The translations under genes and the position numbers were made by a program. A model generated the notes under the pieces. That model saw only the letters and a program-made list of their open reading frames with translations, was not told where the DNA came from and searched no databases. A stretch of 64,000 bases of DNA from Callorhinchus milii (lineage: Eukaryota), in contig NW_024704751.1 of assembly GCF_018977255.1 (NCBI RefSeq), positions 7,378,001 through 7,442,000 on the forward strand, written 5' to 3'. This document shows positions 1 through 12,616 of this stretch, piece by piece (position 1 is the first letter of the stretch; each line of letters starts with the position of its first letter).

Positions 1-1074
1 TGTGGGCCATCGAACGTGGAGGAGGGAGAGGAGAACTTTTGGCACATTATCTCAGCATCAGCACCATCCCTCCCCTCTCCCTCCTCCCGCCCTAACCTAT
101 CCCACCCACAACGAAAACCTGTAAGAATAAGATCAAAGCTCCTTGCATTTTTCACGTGGACATGGGGCCATCATCTGCCCAACATGTTGTCCCATCAAGC
201 ATCAACAACAAAATTATATTTGTATAAGGAAGAATATATTGTGTACCCCCTCGCCCCTTCCCACCAAGATCTCACTCTCATCCAGCCTGTCAGTGAACAG
301 AGGAACATGGGAAAGGGAGGAAGTTATTCAGCCTGTCAAGCCTGACTCAATTTGTTTAAATCCCATTTCCCACCTCTCCCTCATCCTTAGGTCACAACTG
401 AAGAGACTCCATAGCAAAAGGCAGCATTTTTATATGCAAGACCTCGCACTGCTTTTGCAAAGGATTAAATCCCACTCACCCAGAATCTCTTTCGCGGTCG
501 ATCTAGTTAAGCCCGAAACGTGGATCGGTCCTTGCAATTTGTGGCGTGTAATGTTTTGGCGGCAACACACATTTTTCGTTAACTTTTTGCCAAGGAACCG
601 CCATTAGCCCGAGCCAATTGCATCTTCCCACCTCGGAAAAGCTTTTTGCTTCGACCTTCTTTTGAGCACCTTCCCACGGTTGCCTTGCCGACAAGCCTTA
701 GCACCCCAGGGTGCTGATGAACACGAGCGCGGTTGCTAAACTGCAACACAGCCGCAGCAACTGTGCAGCTTCCAGGTGCCTGAGCCAAATCCCCCCCCAC
801 AGCCACCCCATCAAAATTCCTATAAATGTACTCCACTTTAGATCCATATCCTCTCTCTCTCTCTCTCTCTCTCTGCGGATGGACGTAGCATATCAATATT
901 ATTAAAGGTCAAATCTAAACTCGATACCACATAAAAAGGCGGAAATTGAGATGTGCTGAGGAGGTAATGAAATCTGAGGAGCTCCCACTCTGGACTCTGC
1001 AGATCACACGCTCACTCCAACAATAAGACTCCCTGAATCCCAAGCAGCAGGTTCCCAATCGTTACTCGTCCCAC

Positions 1075-1180
1075 CTCACGTCCTTGCCGACCGTCATGGC
1101 GGCGATGACCTTCTTCACTGCCTCCTTCCTCTTCTCTTTCTTCTCATTGTTCAGCTCAGCCTTCAGTTCGAATATCTCTC
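1075..1180 (-). CDS. AP2B1: AP-2 complex subunit beta, second coding exon (gene continues beyond left edge)
   Basis: 106-nt exon, ttccag|...AG|gtggga; translates (G)[34 protein letters not shown](S), the beta-adaptin N-terminus; phase matches the previous exon. Confidence 0.96.
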
Positions 1181-1610
1181 CTGGAACAGAGTGTGCAATA
1201 CCGGAGACGCACGATTTTAGCTTCATTTGCGCTCTCTCCACAGTCTAAGGAGCGTGTGGGTGTGTGTGTTATTTGTTTTGTCTCACATACACACACACTC
1301 TCTCGCTCTCTCCCCCCCATCCGACACCCTCCACTCAGAATCAACCCAGCGGCAAGCCCACAAAACCTACCCTCAGCCCACACAGACCTCTTCTTCCTCG
1401 CCATTCCACCCCCACCCCGATTCACAACCCAAAACACACCCTTTCTGAACACAGATGGCTCCCAATCTGTGCTAACTCCACTCCCTATCTACCAGATGGC
1501 ATACACCCACACACAGAGGTGCACATCCACACACACAGAGACACACACACACATAGAAGCACACACCCACACACAGAGACACACGCACTCACCCACCCAC
1601 CCACAGAGGT

Positions 1611-1645
<35 letters not shown>

Positions 1646-1854
1646 TACACAGAGGCACACACACATACGCGTGTATTTGCTGGCTCCATTGCTCCTCCAC
1701 AAACAGTCCTGCACAGATGTGGACACATGTCACGACACCTTCACATTCACATTGGAGTTAACAAGGCCGTGGTTTCATTCTGTGCTGAAAACCGTCTGTA
1801 AGACCACTGTACAATATGCAAAGCAAGGGGATTCGGCTGTGAGGCAGAACCTAC

Positions 1855-1891
1855 CTTTCTTATTAGTCGTGAAATACTTTGAGTCGGTCAT
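1855..1891 (-). CDS. AP2B1: AP2B1 first coding exon (whole exon 1855-1913)
   Basis: Kozak gccaccATG at 1891; MTDSKYFTTNKK(G); donor G|gtaggt; acceptor tttacag| at 1914. TTNKK and adjacency to PEX12 favour AP2B1 over AP1B1. Confidence 0.96.
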
Positions 1892-4048
1892 GGTGGCAGA
1901 TACCTCTAACTACCTGTAAAAATAAACATTTTACAATGAGCTCTATTCAAGGTGTTTTTTTTTCCATAAGCCACTCTTCAGCAACAGGCCATAACTCAGC
2001 ACTGAGCTTTCAGCTGACAGTCACTGGCTGCTGTGCTGGGGTAGCAGGAGGTTTAAGCAAATAATGAACTGTACGCCTCAGGAAAAAGACCATTTTTGGG
2101 GGACGGAGGAGAAAGCGAGGGAGGAGGGAAAGGATCTCAGGAGTATTGCTGAAAATTGGAGACAGCTGAGAAACAAGCATTTGATTAGAGAAAAGGTTTT
2201 CAGTTTGTTTACGAATTTGTGTTCAGAGAGGGGGAGGATGCTGAAAGTTTAAACAGCTCATTTTATTCCATGACTTGGTCTCAATGCAAACCATAACTGA
2301 AGCCCGTTTTTAAAACCCTACCTCTTGAACTATTTCTTTAGTCACCTTCCCCTTCTTCTGGCTTTTCCCATCTCTCTCTACAAGCTATACTGCTCTGATA
2401 AAACACTTTACTGAGATGTTATCCCACGTGGAAAGATGAACAGAGCTATATTGGGTAAACTGGAATTATAAATTGTCATAAAAGGCACTCAGAAAAACAG
2501 TAAAATGGCAGGTGTTGGAAACAGAAAAGTCAAAATGGTGCAGTGGGATGTGCTCTTATGTTGGGGAGGATTAAGGTGCATCTTTGTCAGATCATCTGCA
2601 TCTGGGACTGTGCCAGATGTTAATGTTTGCTATGAAAATACAATCGACATACACGATCCAGGCTAACAAGGCAGCGCAGTCCAGGATTAATGTTGAAAGG
2701 TTTATCATTCGGATCAGACATTCAACCAAGAGAAGTTTTTTAAAAAAGTATCGGTGTATCGTCTGCCTGTCCTTGGATAAAAGAAATCCTAGGAAGAGCA
2801 GGAATTTGTGAAAAAACAATAATAATGTTGTTCAAATCCTTAATGGCGCAGATTAGTTGCAATGTTTCCCTACATAATAATCACTGCACTAAAAAGCAAC
2901 TCAAGTATGTTGAGATGCTGACATTATAAATCAAATGCAAGCATCATCATCCCTTAACTTGGCAGGAGCAACATTCACCCAAATAATTTCCTTTTCCAAG
3001 GGGAAAACGCACACAAACACGCACATACATGAGGAGCTTCAGATTCAACATCACATTTGAATGTGTTAATTCATTGAAATGGTTAAAAAAAAACACAGCA
3101 TGTTCCCTTCACAGATCTGGTGTGAAAGTCTGCTGAATGCAGAACACTCGGCACATACATTGAGGAGTTTGTGCATTAGAACCCTCCCGATGTCGCTGTC
3201 ACCAAGTTCTGATCAATATCTTACTTTCAGCAGAATTAGGCAAAACAATTTGTTGTGCCATCTCATTTGAGAATTGTGGGGTTTACCTTGTGCAGATGAG
3301 ATGCCACACTCACACAGTCCAGCTCCCCAGACAGCCCAATTATACTCACTTACACTTCGCTCACTGAACAATAGGAAGATTGTGTTTTCAATCGTTTTCC
3401 CTACTTGTTTCATCACAGTTTCGCCAGCAAAAGCCCTGAAGACGGTTATGAGGTGAATGATCTCTTTTATCTGGGGAATTACTGGCCGTGACCCTGGAGA
3501 AAAACCTCCCTTCTATTTCCCGGTAGCCTCATCACACAGGATCCGTAACATCCACCTGATCGAGCACAGAACAGCTTGGTGTAACGTCTCATCCGAAGGA
3601 TGGCACTTCTGACAATTGCAGTTCCCCCCTCACCCCCACCCTTAAAAGCACTGTACTGGTGTGTCAGTCCTGAACCGTGATCTCAACGTCCCCAACTGGG
3701 GCGGGGGGCGGCGCGGCAGAGGAGAGAAGAAACGGGAGAAACAGGGAACTCAAACCCACAAAGCTTCTGATCCGGAGGCAAGAGTGCAACCGGCTGAGCC
3801 AAGGTGACGCAGTACAACCGGCAGGACATTTTGAAGAGCCTGTTAAATAAAATGGAGGGGTTTGGGAGGAGTGGGGAAGGGTGTGGGGGGGGGGGGGTGA
3901 ATGAAGAGTGAAGCACGAGTAGACAGAGGCGGAAAGAGAAAAGACCAAGGAGCAGCCGGCTGCTCCGAGCGTCAGGGCCTGGGCTTCGGGGAAGGGGAAG
4001 GAAAGAGAAGACGCGCCCTTAAACCTTCTCTCTTGGTCTCTCTGTGGC

Positions 4049-4079
<31 letters not shown>

Positions 4080-4399
4080 TCTGGCATTCGATGCTCTGAT
4101 GAAACAGAACTGACAGAAGGGAAGGAAGGAGTCACAGGCGCTCACACCCACCAGAGACCATGGCCATTGTTTCAGGAGAGAAAGGGGGGGGGGAACAATT
4201 ATCATTATTATTATTATTATTATTTATTATTATTATTAGTAGTAGTAGTAACAAGAACATGAAACGCAGCCACGATTTCCTGGGCTTCCTGACAGGGACC
4301 GAATGACACCCCCTCACCCACCCATTGCCCCCCTCGGGGTTGGGGTGGGAAAGGCCTGACAGCCCCTAACCCTAAGCAAACCCCTCTCCCTTGAGGTTT

Positions 4400-4834
4400 A
4401 TTTTCTTTTCACCGGGAGCCCGGGTTTACCGGCGGTGGCGGCGGCCCACCCCACCCCGGGCCCGCCCCGCCCGCCCTCCCGGGGGGGGGGGAGGGTAGGC
4501 AGCGCCGGGTCGCGGCTCAGGCCGGTGTGGGAGGAGAGAGAGAGAGAGAGAGAGACTGACTGACCCGGTCCCGGTCCCGGGCTGTGCGGCGGCGGCGGCG
4601 GCGGAGGAGGAGGAGGAGGCGGAGAAGCTGCGGTGGAGCGAGTTCCGTACCCGGAGTGGAGAAGGCGACGCACCGACTGGGCGGAGGCGGTACGTCGGGT
4701 AATAGGGTCCCCGGATCGCCTGTGCGCCGGGCAAAGGGTCCCCCCCCCCCCTCCACCCACCACCACCACCACCACCTCGAGGGAGGAGCTAATGCCAATC
4801 CCAGGGGGCGGCTGATACACTGTGGAACAATACA

Positions 4835-4872
<38 letters not shown>

Positions 4873-5200
4873 CCTACAGCGGCTTATTACGTCGTTGAGG
4901 CGCCTCAGGGGGATTCTCGGGACACGCTGCGAAGCGGGGCGGGGGGGGGACTGTCTGCGCAGCTTTGGGGGGGGCGAAGCTCGGCAGCCAGGCAGCGTCC
5001 CCCCGGCGAGACGGCGCACGTTATCGATGGCTTATCTGGCCAGCGGGAGGTCCCGCGGCCCCTTACGCGCGGAAAAGGCTGGCGCAGGGGAGGCGGTGGG
5101 GGCGGGGACGTTGCCGGGAGCCGAAAATGCGAATTAAAAATGACTGATTCGGTCACGCAATCCGCAACTGTGTGTGGCACACCGACCGCTGTGCGCAATC
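4400..5200. promoter_or_regulatory. CpG island / AP2B1 promoter
   Basis: Dense CpG and GC boxes around the putative AP2B1 exon 1. Confidence 0.7.
4565..4720 (-). other. AP2B1: Probable non-coding exon 1 of AP2B1 (5' boundary approximate)
   Basis: GC-rich (CCT)n(CCG)n leader ending in donor cgg|gtcagt at 4565/4564, inside a CpG island. Confidence 0.7.
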
Positions 5201-5404
5201 GGAGTGTATACACACATGTGTGTATATATATATGTATGATACATGTTGTATTTTTTGAAGATCTCTCATTTTATTCTCTGTGTGAAAACATACTGTTTTG
5301 TTACGCCTGTTACCGTGCACACGGGGCTCTTTGTTCTCACCGAATAAATACTAATGTGCGTTCACAGCGAGCCGATACGGGAGGTCGGTGGTTTTAAATT
5401 TTAA

Positions 5405-5670
5405 ATGGCTCTGGAACTCCATCCCCCAGTGCCTTCGCCGCCTCCTCTCTTTCCTCCTTCAAGGCCGGTCTGAAGACCTTTCTCTTTGACCTTCAGCCTT
5501 CAGCTCCCCTCTCGACTCTCTACCCCTCCTCGCTCCCTCCCTTCCCTCCCCTCACCCTGACCATTTCCCCCCAATGCTCGGGTCCTGACCCAACTGTACA
5601 GCGCCTTGGGACGTCCTCCCGACGTGAAAGGCGCTCAATAAATGGAATCTTGTTGTTGTTGTTGTTGTTA
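5405..5670 (+). mobile_element. L2-type LINE 3' fragment with (TTG)n tail
   Basis: ctctggaactccatccc...ccttcaagg...cagcgccttgggacgtcctcccgacgtgaaaggcgct...ttgttgttg; recurs at about 10865-11125(-), 16890-17240(-), 37640-37845(+), 38800-39075(-), 49258-49535(-). Confidence 0.75.
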
Positions 5671-5963
5671 AATACAGAATGCCGAGCCGAGGAGGGGGCA
5701 CGGGGGATTATTTCACTGGTATGTGGTTAATAACCTTGCCAATGTGGACTTGCAATTGGAAAATATACTACACGTCCACTCGGGGGTGTATTACAACCAC
5801 AGTAATGTGATGGGTAGGATCCAAAAGTGAACACCCTGCAGAGGCTTGTTGTAGGAAAGCCAACAGACTCAGACTGAAAAGTAGATCTTTTATTTCAATC
5901 AAATCGTTACACACGATCAAGCATTTTTGTTTTAAAAAATCCTCTTTGCACGGCTTCCAATCT

Positions 5964-6395
5964 TTACCAATCCTCCGGGTAAAATCGGTCATCCCCTTCG
6001 GCGCCGTTTGTGGGACGTTGCCCTACCAAATTGGCCGCCGTGTTTGCACGGTCCGCGCTCCCCGACAGCAATCCCGACCGTGCGTGATCGAGCCTGGCAC
6101 GCGGAGCACTGGAAGGGCTTCTCCTCGGTGGGAAAGAGCCGATCTCTCTTCTCTCACCCCCACTCCCCAGCCCTCCCCCTCCCGGTGTGGATCCATGCGG
6201 ATTGGACCCGAAGGACCTCTCGGCCATGTCCTGGAGCACACCATTGAGAGGAAGTGAGCGAAGGGCTTCGAGGGGTTTCTCCCCCTCGGCTTTCTTATGT
6301 TCTTTCAGGAAATAACGTAGTACATTCATAGGCAGTTCGGGATGTGCCGGCGACCGCCAGGAATGTGGAAGGCGAACTAGACGGACCTCGGCCAT
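5964..6395 (-). CDS. Hypothetical intronless 143-aa ORF (MAEVRLVRLPHSW...RFYPEDW)
   Basis: aagATGG start context, TAA at 5964-5966, AATAAA at 5889-5894 on the minus strand; no family recognised. Confidence 0.3.
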   Translation of the reverse strand: MAEVRLVRLPHSWRSPAHPELPMNVLRYFLKEHKKAEGEKPLEALRSLPLNGVLQDMAERSFGSNPHGSTPGGGGLGSGGERREIGSFPPRRSPSSAPRARLDHARSGLLSGSADRANTAANLVGQRPTNGAEGDDRFYPEDW

Positions 6396-6741
6396 CTTTC
6401 CCGCGAGCATTTCTTATGGCTCAGGAAGGTCCTCTCCCCCTCCCCCTCCCCGCTCCGCAGGTGCGGACACACGGGTGGGTTTCCAGGCGAGAGCGGCGGG
6501 AGAACCCCAGACCCCACTGCCCCCAGACCCGGGAGTCCTTCGGTTGTGGCCGGACTCCTCTCTGTCCATTCCCACGTCCGCTTTCTCGCTCCCAACAGTC
6601 CGTACGGAGAATCTAACGCCAAAGGGTAAAGCAACTTTCGGACGCGCTGAGGCGGCCGAACGGTCTCGGGTTGTGAAGGGGGAAATTTCGGGACTCGCGC
6701 CGGGAATTTTTTCTTTACCGACTGATATCTTCCTACCCCTG

Positions 6742-7242
6742 GGGGGGGGACACTGGTTGCCCCGGGGGTGGGGGTGGGACACTGAGTGCCCCGGGGGGTG
6801 GGGGTGGGACACTGAGTGCCCCGGGGGTGGGGGTGGGACACTGAGTGCCCCGGGGGTGGGGGTGGGACACTGAGTGCCTCTGGGGTGGGGGTGGGACACT
6901 GGTTGCCTCTGGGGTGGGGGTGGGACACTGAGTGCCCCTGGGGGTGGGGGTGGGACACTGGTTGCCCCGGGGGGTGGGGTGGGACACTGGTTGCCCCGGG
7001 GGGTGGGGTGGGACACTGGTTGCCTCTGGGGTGGGGGTGGGACACTGGTTGCCTCTGGGGTGGGGGTGGGACACTGAGTGCCCGGGGTGGGGGTGGGACA
7101 CTGGTTGCCCGGGGGGTGGGGGTGGGACACTGGTTGCCCCGGGGGTGGGGGTGGGACACTGGTTGCCCCGGGGGTGGGGGGGACACTGAGTGCCCCGGGG
7201 GGTTGGGGGGAGGGACACTGAGTGCCCCGGGGGTGGGGGGTG
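6742..7242 (+). repeat. G-rich minisatellite, about 29-30 bp unit, roughly 17 copies
   Basis: Unit ggggtgggggtgggacactg(ag/gt)tgcccc(g) repeated in tandem. Confidence 0.95.
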
Positions 7243-7357
7243 GAGCAGCATCCGGTGTGCTGACCGTCGCGGCTGCCGGGGTGCGCGGGGGGGGGTTCGG
7301 CTGCTACTCGAGGCCGCGGCTCAGCCTCAGGCCCGGGCCCGGGCTCGGGCTCAGGCA

Positions 7358-7480
7358 ATGGCGGAGCGCGGAGCTCACCTGACGGCCGCCGTCAGCCCCG
7401 AGCGGCCCAGTATCCTCGAGTTGGCGGCTCAGGACACGCTGTTGGCGGCGGTGCGGCCCGCGGCCCGGCACGTCAGCAAA
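7358..7480 (+). CDS. PEX12: Peroxisome assembly protein 12, exon 1
   Basis: MAERGAHLTAAVSPERPSILELAAQDTLLAAVRPAARHVSK; donor AAA|gtgagg, phase 0. Confidence 0.93.
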
Positions 7481-7510
7481 GTGAGGCCGGGGTCCCGGGG
7501 CCTGTGCGTG

Positions 7511-8190
7511 GCCCCCCCCCCACTGCCCCCAACACTGCCCCCCCCCACTGCCCCAACACTGCCCCAATCCCCCCTCCACTGCCCCCCTCCACTGCCCCCC
7601 CCCACTGCCCCCAACACTGCCCCCCCCCACTGCCCCCCTCCACTGCCCCCCCCACTGCCCCCCTCCACTGCCCCATTCCCCCCTCCACTGCCCCCCACTG
7701 CCCCCAACACTGCCCCCCCCCACTGCCCCCCACTGCCCCCCCCACTGCCCCCAACTGCCCCCCCCCTGCCCCCCCACTGCCCCAATCCCCCCCCACTGCC
7801 CCCCCACTGCCCCAATCCCCCCACTGCCCCCCCCACTGCCCCAATCCCCCCTCCACTGCCCCCAATCCCCCCCCCACTGCCCCCCCCACTGCCCCCCACT
7901 GCCCAATCCCCCCCTCCACTGCCCCCAATCCCCCCCCACTGCCCCCAATCCACTGCCCCCCCCCACTGCCCCAATCCCCCCCCACTGCCCCCCCCACTGC
8001 TCCCAATCCCCCCTCCACTGCCCCCAATTCCCCCCTCCACTGCCCCCAATTCCCCCCCCACTGCCCCAATCCCCCCTCCACTGCCCCCAATCCCCCCTCT
8101 CGCTGCCCCCAATTCCCCTCCAATGTCGCCAACGCCCCCCACCCCAATTCGCCCCCATGCCCACAATTCCTCCGCCCCCCCAATGCCCCC
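7511..8190 (+). repeat. C-rich low-complexity tandem repeat in PEX12 intron 1
   Basis: Degenerate (cccccactgccccc[aat])n; produces spurious Pro- and Gly-rich ORFs. Confidence 0.92.
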
Positions 8191-8289
8191 CATAAGACAC
8201 AGCGCCCTATCACGTCTTCGCGACGTCTCAAAGCGCTTCACAGAATACACTGTAAAGTGTCGTGACTGTGTATTTCGTGGGCGAAACTT

Positions 8290-8440
8290 AATAAGTTGAC
8301 CGCTCGCTCACCGAAGTAGTGTTTCCGCAAATTTGTTCTGTATTTCCGCCCCCCCCCACCCCTCCCCTTCCCCCCCCCCCCCCCCCCACCCTTCAATCGC
8401 AGGCCGTGTCCTCTGGTTCTACTGTTCAGCACCTTATTCA
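8290..8440 (-). mobile_element. CR1-type LINE ORF2 C-terminal fragment
   Basis: Minus-strand translation SRTRGHGLRLKG...YRTNLRKHYFGERAVN resembles the CR1 TRGHxxKL...RKxFF motif; similar fragment at about 11880-12100(-). Confidence 0.7.
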
Positions 8441-8452
8441 TTTGTATTGCAG

Positions 8453-9000
8453 GCGCTGGCGGAGTCCAATCCCGGCCGCTACGGATTGCTGTGGCGGTGG
8501 TTTGACGAGATCTACACGGTGCTGGACCTGCTGCTCCAGCACTACTGCCTGTCCCGGAGCGCCGCCTCCTTCTCCGAGAACTTCTACGGTCTGAAGAGAG
8601 TCCCCGCGGGGGTCACGGGACCCTCGGGGCTGGCTTCCCGCGGACTCCCGACCGCCCACCACCTCCGCTCCCTCCTCCTCCTCGTCCTCGTCCCGTACCT
8701 GAGGGTCAAGCTGGACAAGCTCTTCGGCAGGCTGAGGGAGGAAGAGGATTACGCCATTCGCTTCCCCGCCTCTCACCGCCAGCGCTTGCACAAGGCCTTT
8801 CTCGCGGCCTACCCCTACCTGAACATGGGCTGGGAGGCGTGGTTCCTGGCTCACCAGCTGCTGTACGTGTTCGGGAAGGCACGGCATCATTCGCCCCTGC
8901 TACGGCTGGCCAGGGTCCACTTGGTGACTCTCTCCCTTGCAGACGTGCTGGATCTGGAGAAGAGGTCCTCCTCCACCAACGCATCACAGCCCGGGCACAG
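8453..9000 (+). CDS. PEX12: PEX12 exon 2 (Pex2/Pex12 N-terminal domain)
   Basis: ttgcag|ALAESNPGRYGLLWRWFDEIY...SFSENFYGLKR...HHSPLLRLA; donor AG|gtaaag, phase 2. Confidence 0.97.
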
Positions 9001-9478
9001 GTAAAGCGAGGACTGGCATTTTACTTTTGCGACCGCCTTACAACAGCAACAGCTTGCATTTATACAGCGCCCTTCAAACGGGTGCTATATAAATGCACCC
9101 TTACGTACGTTGATAGGTTTCCGCATGTGTCAGGCAAAGAAAAATTACCCAACGCCTTATTACTTTGAAACATTTTATCTGGTAGCCCCTAATTTCCTCC
9201 CGACGTGAAAGTTGCTATGCAAATGTAATTTTGTTGTTGTTGTAATTTGGCATAGTTGAATCCTCTGTGTATATTAACAACAACAACAAGAACAACATCA
9301 ACATATTACATTTGTATAGCGCCTTTCACGTGATGATTACGTCCCAAGATGCTATGAGGTCAAATATTTGGACCCGAGCTATGGGTAGGAATAGGAGGGG
9401 AGTGAAGGGCAAGGAGGGAAAGCTGAAGGCAGTACCTGGATTATTAACCCTCCCTCTCTCTGTCTCTCTCTATCTTAG

Positions 9479-9878
9479 TGTGACTGAACAGCTGACCTTC
9501 TTCTTTAGCAAAGCATGCGGACGCCTGGCATCTTCCCTATCCACCGGCCTGTCCTTGGGGGTCTTCTTCCTTCAGTTCCTCGAGTGGTGGTACTCAACGG
9601 AAAACCAGGAGACTGTGAAGTCGCTGTCCTGCCTCCCAACCCCTCCGCCTCCGGTCCACCTCGACGGACATCTGGCTCCCGCGGCCTTGCCCGCCTTGAA
9701 GAGCCTCTGCCCGCTGTGCCGCAAGCCACGGGCCAACCACACCGCCCTCTCCACCTCGGGCCACGTCTTCTGCTATAGGTGCATCTATGCCTACGTCAAG
9801 CGCCAACAAAGGTGTCCGATGACTGGCTACCCTTCGGAGCTGCAGCACCTCATTAAACTCTATTCCCCCGAGGGCTGA
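9479..9878 (+). CDS. PEX12: PEX12 exon 3 (degenerate RING); joined CDS 356 aa
   Basis: cttag|...[12 protein letters not shown]...[25 protein letters not shown]...CPMTG...LIKLYSPEG*; exon lengths 123+548+400=1071 nt. Confidence 0.97.
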
Positions 9879-12616
9879 GCCCGTGAGGCTCAGAGGATCA
9901 GGCTATGCTCGATGGCTTGTGCCTCTCCAGCCCCCCACCCCCACCACCCCACCCCATCCGCCTTGGCTTGATTCAGCCAAGTTTGGTTTACAAGCTCTGT
10001 TACATCGAAAGGTAATACATTCACTGAGCTGGACTGTGCAACAGTATACTGTTTAAGTAACCTCTGGTAGTCAATGGTGGGTTGCAGCCTGGTGCCAGGA
10101 TAGGCAATGGCAGATCAGCACTTAGACCAAGTGACAGTTGTAGGCTAAATGCTCTCTCTCTTCCTTCTCACACTCAGTAATATATATGATAATCCTTGCA
10201 TTTGACAGAGCACCTTATCACGCCAAGAGCACATCTCAAATTCCCCTCAAAAAACAAGACTGAAATTCCGCTGCATTGTGAAAAACATTGCTCTTTTCTC
10301 TAAAGTTAATGTCACAAGGATGATTGTAATAGCGGGTGACCTGCGAGAGTCACGTGTCTATTACGCTTACCATTTTAATTAAGACACACTCTCGGTGGCA
10401 CCACTGAGAGCATCTCAAACTTGTCCATGGCTGAGGGGTTGGAAAGGGAATAAAGCGAGTTTGAATGACCAAAAAAAAAACTTCTCACTGTAAATTTGCA
10501 CTGGCCACACTGGACTGCATCTTGTGAATTTATCTTGTTAAGAATGAAATCGCACAATTAATAGTTGGGGGTGTGGGGTGAGAACTGAATCTCCCTCTCC
10601 CCCAACAGGGAGAAACTACTTTTATTAAAGGGTAGATTTTGTTTTACTGTGATGCTTATTTGTCAAAGATGATTTCCCTCTGTTAGTAACTCCTTGACTT
10701 ACAGAACATCAGAACGATGGCTCCAATTAGTAATGGAAGCTCGATCAATGCTAAAACCTCAACACTGTAATTCGCAGACACACTAACTTAATCCATTGTT
10801 CCTCCCCCTATCCCACTCTGTCTAGACTCAGACTGAACACACACTCAGCTGCACCAGGTACTCTTAACAACAACAACAAATTACATTTACACAGAGCCTT
10901 TCACATCAGGAGGAGTCCCAAGGCGCTGGACAGTCAGGGATCCCGACCCGAGCTGGTGGTTGGAATCAGGAGGGGTGGAGGGCAGGGAAAATAAGGGGTG
11001 GAGGGCGACCGAAGGCACGGTGAAAGAGACAGCTCTCGAAGGAGGTAAGGGAGGGGGCTACGTGGAGGAACTGTGGGATGTAGTTCCAGAGGGTGGGGGC
11101 AGAGAGGCTGAAGGCTTGCCTGCCAATGGTTTGATGGTTTGAACAGTTTAACTCGATTGAGTTTGACTGCGATTGGCGAGGTGTTTGGGCACCGGGTAAA
11201 TAAAAAGGCCCTCGGAGAGGGAAGAGCGTGGCACAGTATTGTCAAGGGGGCATGACATTGGGCACATCGGGCAGGTCTGTTCTTCTTGCACGTGTCATTC
11301 AAAGCTGTCTCTGTCAGCGGCACAGTGGAACTAAGAAGGCAGAATAGCGACAACACTGCTCGCTGTTGTGAGGCTGGAATGTGTGGAGCGGCCGCCGACA
11401 GAGCCGGGCTCTCAGCGCCCGCAGACATATGTCAGCAAGGTGTCCTTGGCCTGCTCACTGGCATTGTACGAGCTCATACGGACTCGCAGACAGGCAGGGA
11501 TTACCAGCCACGAACAATAGGTGTTTTGTGAGGTCGTCTTTGCTACCTTAACCCTTCCAACTACAATCACATCCTCTGTCAGGCATTCGTCCACACGGTT
11601 CACCGATGCAACATTGCCGCCGTTTCTATCGATTTGCATATCGTTCCCCCCCCCCCCCCCACCCCGACAGACACACACACACACCTCTAAAGACCTTCCT
11701 TTTTGATCGTGCTTATGGTCGGTCGGCTCTCTGCTCTCCCTCTCCCTTTGGCTCGTTGTCAGACTCTGGCGCTGTGAAGTGCTCCGGGACACGACCACGT
11801 GTGAAGGGCGCTATATAAATGCAAGTTGTTGTTTATTGGGCTCAGCCATAAGGTTCCCGGTGCGATCCATCTAACCCACTCTTCAAAAACCCTACCCCAA
11901 TCCTTAAAGCGTATCCACGGAGAGGAGGGCAGAGAGAGCTTTTGCTCTGCATCCAACCATTTGTAATCTGTACCTGGGAGTGATCGCTGCCCAACATCCC
12001 AGCGATTAATGAAATACTTCATCGGGTCTGTCCTAAAATGACCCTTCGCCCTTCTCAACCTATGCCCTCTCTTGTCCCGTTGCCTAGGCACGTCTGAAAG
12101 GATTGCCATGTTGGTGCCAAGTCATGAGCAGTTTCGTGCTCTGAGCTTAGACTGCCCCCAAACCCATTTCACGTAAGGTCCCTTGCATTGACAGAGGCTC
12201 CTGTTGAGCACCTTACATAGCTCCTATAAGGAGGGAGCCCTTTCAAGGCGAGAGAGACAGTATTTGATCAAGATTACACACCTTGCCGGAAACGCAGCTA
12301 GTCTTGCACGCTCTGTATCACGTTCCTCCTCTGTACAGTTTCCATGCCCAAGAGGACAAGAATGCTAATTGCAGATGGTGAGATCAAATCTGTTGATATG
12401 GATGTCAATTTTCCAGTCGATTATTAGTGTATCTGCAGCTCATGTTGCTTCGGAAACAGGCTGGTAATACGTACGAGGGAACCGAACATTTATTTGAGAT
12501 GAATTTAATGTATCATCTACAGACTTGCCCGAGAGAGAGAGAGAGACGTGCAGGATGTTTCATTGTGCATTGTTGGTGTCTTAGCTTCAGCAAACCCTTC
12601 TCATTTTACCTGCATA

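Noticed and set aside
1193-1801. His/Thr-rich 202-aa ORF
   Set aside because: (CA)n microsatellite inside an AP2B1 intron
6742-7242. CRISPR-like array of about 30-bp repeats
   Set aside because: Head-to-tail units with no unique spacers, no cas genes, vertebrate context
6377-8299. Long Pro- and Gly-rich ORFs on both strands (up to 369 aa)
   Set aside because: By-products of the two tandem repeats; only 7358-7480 is real PEX12 coding sequence
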